Part shown: positions 59,722 through 64,000 of the stretch, piece after piece | Layout of the letters: the number at the start of each line of letters is the position of its first letter | Position numbering within the stretch: the first letter of the stretch is position 1 | Assembly: GCA_033765235.1 (NCBI GenBank) | Contig: JANRIG010000014.1 | Coordinates: 12,896 to 76,895 of the forward strand | Length of the DNA stretch: 64,000 nt | Source: Cytophagales bacterium | GTDB lineage: Bacteria > Bacteroidota > Bacteroidia > Cytophagales > UBA9547 | Direction: 5' to 3' | The notes under the pieces: generated by a model | Database searches by the model: none | What the model was told of the DNA's origin: nothing | Seen by the model: the letters and a program-made list of their open reading frames with translations, nothing else | Program-made: the position numbers and the translations under genes

Positions 59722-62337
59722 ATGTCAAAACCGAGAGAAGAAACGCCTTTGATGAAGCAGTATTATACTGTGAAAGAAAAATATCCGGGCGCAGTAGTAC
59801 TATTCAGGGTAGGAGATTTTTATGAAACATTTGGCGATGATGCTGTGAAAACCAGCAAAGCACTCGGTATCATACTCACCAAAAGGGGCAACGGCTCTGC
59901 CAGTGAGATAGAGCTTGCAGGATTTCCGCACCACTCACTCGACAGCTACATGCCCAAACTCGTACGTGCCGGCTATAGGGTAGCTATTTGCGACCAACTC
60001 GAAGACCCAAAATTAGCAAAAGGTATTGTAAAAAGAGGGGTCACTGAGCTTGTAACACCCGGAGTGGTATACAGCGACCATGTGCTGAGCCAAAAGCACA
60101 ACAACTATCTTGCATGCCTCCATGTATTACCCACATTGCAAAAAGCAGGTTTGGCTTTGGTAGACATCACTACAGGCGAGTTTATGGTAGCTGAAAACAT
60201 GGTTGATAAAATTGAAAAACTCTTGCATCACTTTCAGCCCTCAGAAGTGATATTTGACAAAGGACAAAAAAGTATAGTATTGCCTTATATCAACGAAAAA
60301 TTTAATACTTATGGAGTAGATGAATGGGTATATGCCGAACAATATACCACAGATATACTTTTGCAACAATTCGGCACATTGTCGCTCAAAGGCTTTGGTG
60401 TGCAAGATATGCAGCAAGCTACCATATGTGCGGGTGCCATACTGCACTATCTTAAAAGTACAGAGCATCATGAGCTCCAACACATAAAATCAATTTCACG
60501 AATAGAAGAAGAAAACTATGTGTGGATGGATAGGTTTACGGTGCGAAGTTTAGAACTTATATATCCCAATTATGAGGGTGGGGTAGCACTCATTGATATT
60601 ATAGATAAGACGCTCACTCCCATGGGTTCTAGAGCTATACGCAAGTGGCTGCTCATGCCGCTCAAGCAACCCGAATCTGTGATGCAAAGGCAAAATATTG
60701 TCACCTATTTTATGAACAATCCTGATCAGGCCGCCATGATTGCAGACCTGCTCAAACCTATAGGTGACATGGAGCGTATCATATCCAAAGTATCTGCCAA
60801 AAGAATAAACCCGCGAGAACTTTTGCAGCTAAAAAAAGCATTGGCTAAACTAAAACCTATCCAACAAACCATACTTGACCATAAACCTACAACTGAACTG
60901 AGCATATTGGTGTCAAAAATAAACCTATGCGAATATCTGTATCAAAAGCTTGAAAATGAGCTTAATGATGAGCTTCCATTGGTGTCAAACCAAGGTGGGC
61001 TATTCAAAAAAGGAGTGGATAAAGAGTTGGACGAGCTTAGGGATATTGCTTATTCAGGCAAAGATACCCTTATGCAAATCACACGCAGAGAGATAGAGCG
61101 TACCGAAATATCTTCTCTAAAAATACAATATAACAAAGTATTTGGCTACTATCTGGAAGTGACTAATGCCCACAAAAGCAAAGTGCCGGCAGACTGGATA
61201 AGAAAACAAACTACCGTGGGCGCAGAGCGCTATATTACCCCCGAACTAAAAGTATATGAAGAGAAAATACTCAATGCCGAAGACAGAATAAATGGCATAG
61301 AATATACCCTTTATCAAAAGTTGGTAAATGAGGCTTGTGAGTTTATAGAACCCATACAGCACAATGCCAAAATATTGGCAGAATTGGATATATACCTATC
61401 GTTCAGAGAAATATCTATAAAAAATAATTATACAAAACCACTTATCAATGATGGCTATGAGCTAAAAATAACGGCGGGCAGGCATCCTGTGATAGAGACA
61501 CAACTACCTGCAGGCGAGTCATTTATACCCAATGATATATCTATAGGTACTGATAGCAACCAAATTATGATCATTACAGGTCCTAATATGGCGGGCAAGT
61601 CTGCCATATTGAGGCAAACAGCCATCATTACCATATTGGCACAAACGGGGTGCTATGTGCCTGCGCAATATGCAGAAATTGGGGTAGTGGATAAAATATT
61701 TACTCGGGTAGGTGCATCCGACAATTTATCAAAAGGTGAGTCCACATTCATGGTAGAGATGACCGAGACAGCCAGTATATTGAACAATATTAGTGAAAAA
61801 AGTTTGTTGTTGTTAGACGAAATAGGGCGTGGCACCAGCACATACGATGGCATATCCATAGCTTGGGCTATAGTAGAGTATTTGCACAATCATCCAAAAT
61901 ATAGGCCCAAAACCCTCTTTGCCACACACTATCATGAGCTTAGTGACTTAGCCAATACGCTACAAAGAGTGAAAAACTACAATGTATCAGTAAAACAAAG
62001 TGCTGGAAAAATCATATTCTTGAGAAAATTAGTAGAAGGTGGCTCTGAACATAGCTTTGGTATACATGTGGCACAACTGGCGGGGATGCCCAATGAGGTA
62101 GTGCTGCGTGCCGATGACATCATGCATGAGCTTGAAAAAGATAAGGTAAAAGACAAAGCACTAAAAAAAGTAAAAGATATACCTAAAATAAACTACCAAA
62201 TGAGCCTCTTTGAAGCCAATGACCCTCAATATGTAAAAGCCAAAGAACTGCTTAGCAGTATTGACATAAATACGCTATCACCTGTGGAGGCTTTGCTAAA
62301 GTTGAATGAGCTCAAAAATGTGTGGGAAAGGAAGTAA
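59722..62337 (+). CDS. mutS: DNA mismatch repair protein MutS
   Basis: The N-terminal mismatch-binding block is TPLMKQYYTVKEKYPGAVVLFRVGDFYETFGDDA. The Walker A motif is GPNMAGKS. Other blocks are STFMVEM, LLDEIGRGTSTYDG and THYHEL. Confidence 0.95.
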   Translation: MSKPREETPLMKQYYTVKEKYPGAVVLFRVGDFYETFGDDAVKTSKALGIILTKRGNGSASEIELAGFPHHSLDSYMPKLVRAGYRVAICDQLEDPKLAKGIVKRGVTELVTPGVVYSDHVLSQKHNNYLACLHVLPTLQKAGLALVDITTGEFMVAENMVDKIEKLLHHFQPSEVIFDKGQKSIVLPYINEKFNTYGVDEWVYAEQYTTDILLQQFGTLSLKGFGVQDMQQATICAGAILHYLKSTEHHELQHIKSISRIEEENYVWMDRFTVRSLELIYPNYEGGVALIDIIDKTLTPMGSRAIRKWLLMPLKQPESVMQRQNIVTYFMNNPDQAAMIADLLKPIGDMERIISKVSAKRINPRELLQLKKALAKLKPIQQTILDHKPTTELSILVSKINLCEYLYQKLENELNDELPLVSNQGGLFKKGVDKELDELRDIAYSGKDTLMQITRREIERTEISSLKIQYNKVFGYYLEVTNAHKSKVPADWIRKQTTVGAERYITPELKVYEEKILNAEDRINGIEYTLYQKLVNEACEFIEPIQHNAKILAELDIYLSFREISIKNNYTKPLINDGYELKITAGRHPVIETQLPAGESFIPNDISIGTDSNQIMIITGPNMAGKSAILRQTAIITILAQTGCYVPAQYAEIGVVDKIFTRVGASDNLSKGESTFMVEMTETASILNNISEKSLLLLDEIGRGTSTYDGISIAWAIVEYLHNHPKYRPKTLFATHYHELSDLANTLQRVKNYNVSVKQSAGKIIFLRKLVEGGSEHSFGIHVAQLAGMPNEVVLRADDIMHELEKDKVKDKALKKVKDIPKINYQMSLFEANDPQYVKAKELLSSIDINTLSPVEALLKLNELKNVWERK

Positions 62338-62505
62338 AATATAAAGTCACTCAGCTATAGTACATGTTTGTGAAACGCATATCCAATTAAAGATAAAACC
62401 GATTTTTAATCGGGTACTACTTTATGCAAATAAATATCTGCATAATCAGTCGTTAGAGATGCTGTATATAACAGGCTTTTAAAGGCTGGAAGCCATATTT
62501 ATAAA

Positions 62506-62531
62506 AGTCACTCGCGAGGATGCGAGTGACT
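62506..62531 (-). terminator. Hairpin terminator between the convergent mutS and 62542-63120 genes
   Basis: There is a 10 bp perfect stem (agtcactcgc/gcgagtgact) with a 6 nt loop. On the minus strand TTTTAT follows. It lies 11 bp after the stop of the minus-strand gene. Confidence 0.55.
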
Positions 62532-62541
62532 GGGTTAAAAC

Positions 62542-63120
62542 TTACACATCTACTTCTTCGACAGAACCACAAAACTTTCCATATTCGCCGGGAAGGGTTG
62601 AAGGAAACTCTGCATATACCAAGTAATTAAACGTACCTTTTATACGTTGGTCATCTGTTTCGCTATAAGGTTGACCGGCACCTTTGGGTGCAGCAAATTT
62701 TAATGTGTCTAGTATGCCTGTCCCTTTTTCCTCTTTGTATATGGTGTATTGTCTGATATTTTTCTCAATTTCGCTTGTCCAACTTAATATAACATCAAGA
62801 CTTGGAGTTACTGTGTAATCAATATTGCTAATAACAGCATCTTCGCTGGGAGTTTGTATCCTTGCTCCATTTTTGTCATAACTTACAGAAACAGCAGTTA
62901 AACCTGATGTATTAAAATCAATATATAGTAATGTAAGCTCAAGAGTGTTATATCTGCATCGAGATACCCAAATATTATTTTTTTTATTTATTCTTCTAAA
63001 ATCTTCTGTACCTGCCACAGCTATTAAATCAGCCATGGGCTCTGTATTGGTAAATTGTGCTTGAATTCTTCTAAATCCTTTACCTGCTTTTCTGAAATTG
63101 ATGTTTTGAGCTATTTGCAT
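62542..63120 (-). CDS. Hypothetical protein (192 aa), possibly an Ig/FN3-like beta-sandwich
   Basis: No signal peptide is evident. A segment (YTVTPSLDVILSWTSEIEKNIRQYTIYKEE...GTFNYLVYAEF) resembles an FN3-type repeat. It lies 38 bp downstream of the Gly-rich gene on the same strand. Confidence 0.4.
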   Translation of the reverse strand: MQIAQNINFRKAGKGFRRIQAQFTNTEPMADLIAVAGTEDFRRINKKNNIWVSRCRYNTLELTLLYIDFNTSGLTAVSVSYDKNGARIQTPSEDAVISNIDYTVTPSLDVILSWTSEIEKNIRQYTIYKEEKGTGILDTLKFAAPKGAGQPYSETDDQRIKGTFNYLVYAEFPSTLPGEYGKFCGSVEEVDV

Positions 63121-63158
63121 ATTTTTTTTATTTTTAGTTAAGGGGTTAAATATATAAA

Positions 63159-64000
63159 TTATTGAGTTTCTATTACAAAATATTGATATTGATGAAGTGT
63201 TGATGCGGTAATTGTAGCACCTGTACCATAGTTAATTGTAAAAGTAGTTGTAGTAGATGAGGTATAAATTCTTTCTGTTTGTATAGTTTGCCCGGCAGTA
63301 CCATTTAAAGGTGTTATGATTACAATTGGTGCCACTCCATATGCTCTGTTAAATGTGATAGTACAACCAACACCTGCCACAGGTCCTGTTCCAGTTGTTA
63401 AATTAATTTTGCCGGCTATATCATTTGCATTTAACAGCGTACAAGTTGCTCCCGCACCTGCACCTGCACCTGGTGCAGCTGTAGGTGCGGTAGGTTGCGA
63501 AACTTGTATATGGCCATCTCTGATGTGGAGCTTGCTGTTGGGGGTGCCAGTGGTGGTATTGATATAAAATGATCTGTTGTTTGCTACTTTTGCAGCCGTA
63601 TTCACAGGACCTGCTGAGCCATCAGTTACTACATTAAAAAGAATTCCTGTAGGCAAATCGCCCGGTCCACCTGCTTCATCTCTTCTTACTAAAATGCTAG
63701 CTTGTGGGGTATTGGTATGAGCATCTAAAAAATCTATACCGGATATCACACCATTGAGTGCTGTTACTTCTGCCAGTGCTTGTAGTTTTATATTTGCACC
63801 TCCTGTAGCAGCCAAGTGCAGTGTAGTATTGGTTCCGGGCACAGTACCTATACCTACACCGCCACCACCAAAAAAGGCTGCGTATTTATTGGTGGCTGTG
63901 CCCGCCACAGTTACAAATAAGCCATAGTTGGTAGTACCCGAGCTATTTGACTCAAAATATCCTCCATAGTTATTTGTACCTCCGGTGTTTGACACTATAC
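63159..64000 (-). CDS. Glycine/threonine-rich tail-fibre-like protein, N-terminus lies beyond the window
   Basis: The frame remains open to base 64000, so the GTG at 63995 is not necessarily the start. Short Gly-rich repeats are present (NYGGYFES, NYGLFVTV, KYAAFFGGGGVGIGTVPGTNTTLHL). A second xxKLHIRDGHIQV motif and a C-terminal globular domain (CTITFNRAYGVAPIVIITP...) recall phage/bacterial fibre proteins. Confidence 0.45.
   Translation of the reverse strand, partial: IVSNTGGTNNYGGYFESNSSGTTNYGLFVTVAGTATNKYAAFFGGGGVGIGTVPGTNTTLHLAATGGANIKLQALAEVTALNGVISGIDFLDAHTNTPQASILVRRDEAGGPGDLPTGILFNVVTDGSAGPVNTAAKVANNRSFYINTTTGTPNSKLHIRDGHIQVSQPTAPTAAPGAGAGAGATCTLLNANDIAGKINLTTGTGPVAGVGCTITFNRAYGVAPIVIITPLNGTAGQTIQTERIYTSSTTTTFTINYGTGATITASTLHQYQYFVIETQ

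Noticed and set aside
1-64000. I looked for tRNA/rRNA genes, IS elements, integrases, toxin-antitoxin pairs and known defence-system hallmarks (nucleases, STAND/AAA ATPases, reverse transcriptases, cas genes).
   Set aside because: None was recognised in any intergenic gap or ORF translation. The intergenic gaps are short and AT-rich, without cloverleaf-like GC-rich segments. A tRNAscan/Infernal and defence-HMM scan would be needed to be definitive.

Overview
This 64 kb window reads as a chromosomal segment of a gliding, T9SS-bearing member of the Bacteroidota. The evidence is PorP/SprF genes, type A and type B T9SS C-terminal sorting domains, a GldJ/GldK-like lipoprotein, a TonB receptor with a DUF4249-like partner, and recurrent TAnnTTTG -7 promoter boxes. 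I saw no rRNA, tRNA, CRISPR array, transposase or integrase. Housekeeping genes include sodA, metH, udk, a fused 2-oxoacid dehydrogenase E1, asnB-like, rfbB, bamD, a fatty acid desaturase, ybeY and mutS.

Two regions are accessory-looking.

1. Positions 1-19.3 kb form a T9SS cargo locus. It holds two PorP/SprF paralogs transcribed divergently from a 15.2 kb gene. That gene encodes a 5,075 aa adhesin-like protein made of about 35 Cys-bracketed modules and ending in a type B (CHU_C-like) sorting domain. A structured hairpin repeat family follows it.

2. Positions 20.6-31.0 kb appear lower in GC and carry a complete Che-type chemosensory operon. The genes are a soluble dual-PAS MCP, cheW, cheY, cheB, cheA, a CheC/CheX-like gene, an output-less membrane GAF-PAS-PAS protein and cheR. 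An orphan LytTR response regulator is transcribed divergently from it.

This chemosensory module, sitting next to a giant gliding-type adhesin in a lineage that is normally non-flagellated, is my best candidate for an uncharacterised system. Smaller oddities are an orphan secreted/outer-membrane gene pair (41.5-43.5 kb) and a glycine-rich tail-fibre-like gene pair at the right edge. All functional calls rest on motif recognition by eye in the translated ORFs. No database search or computation was run.
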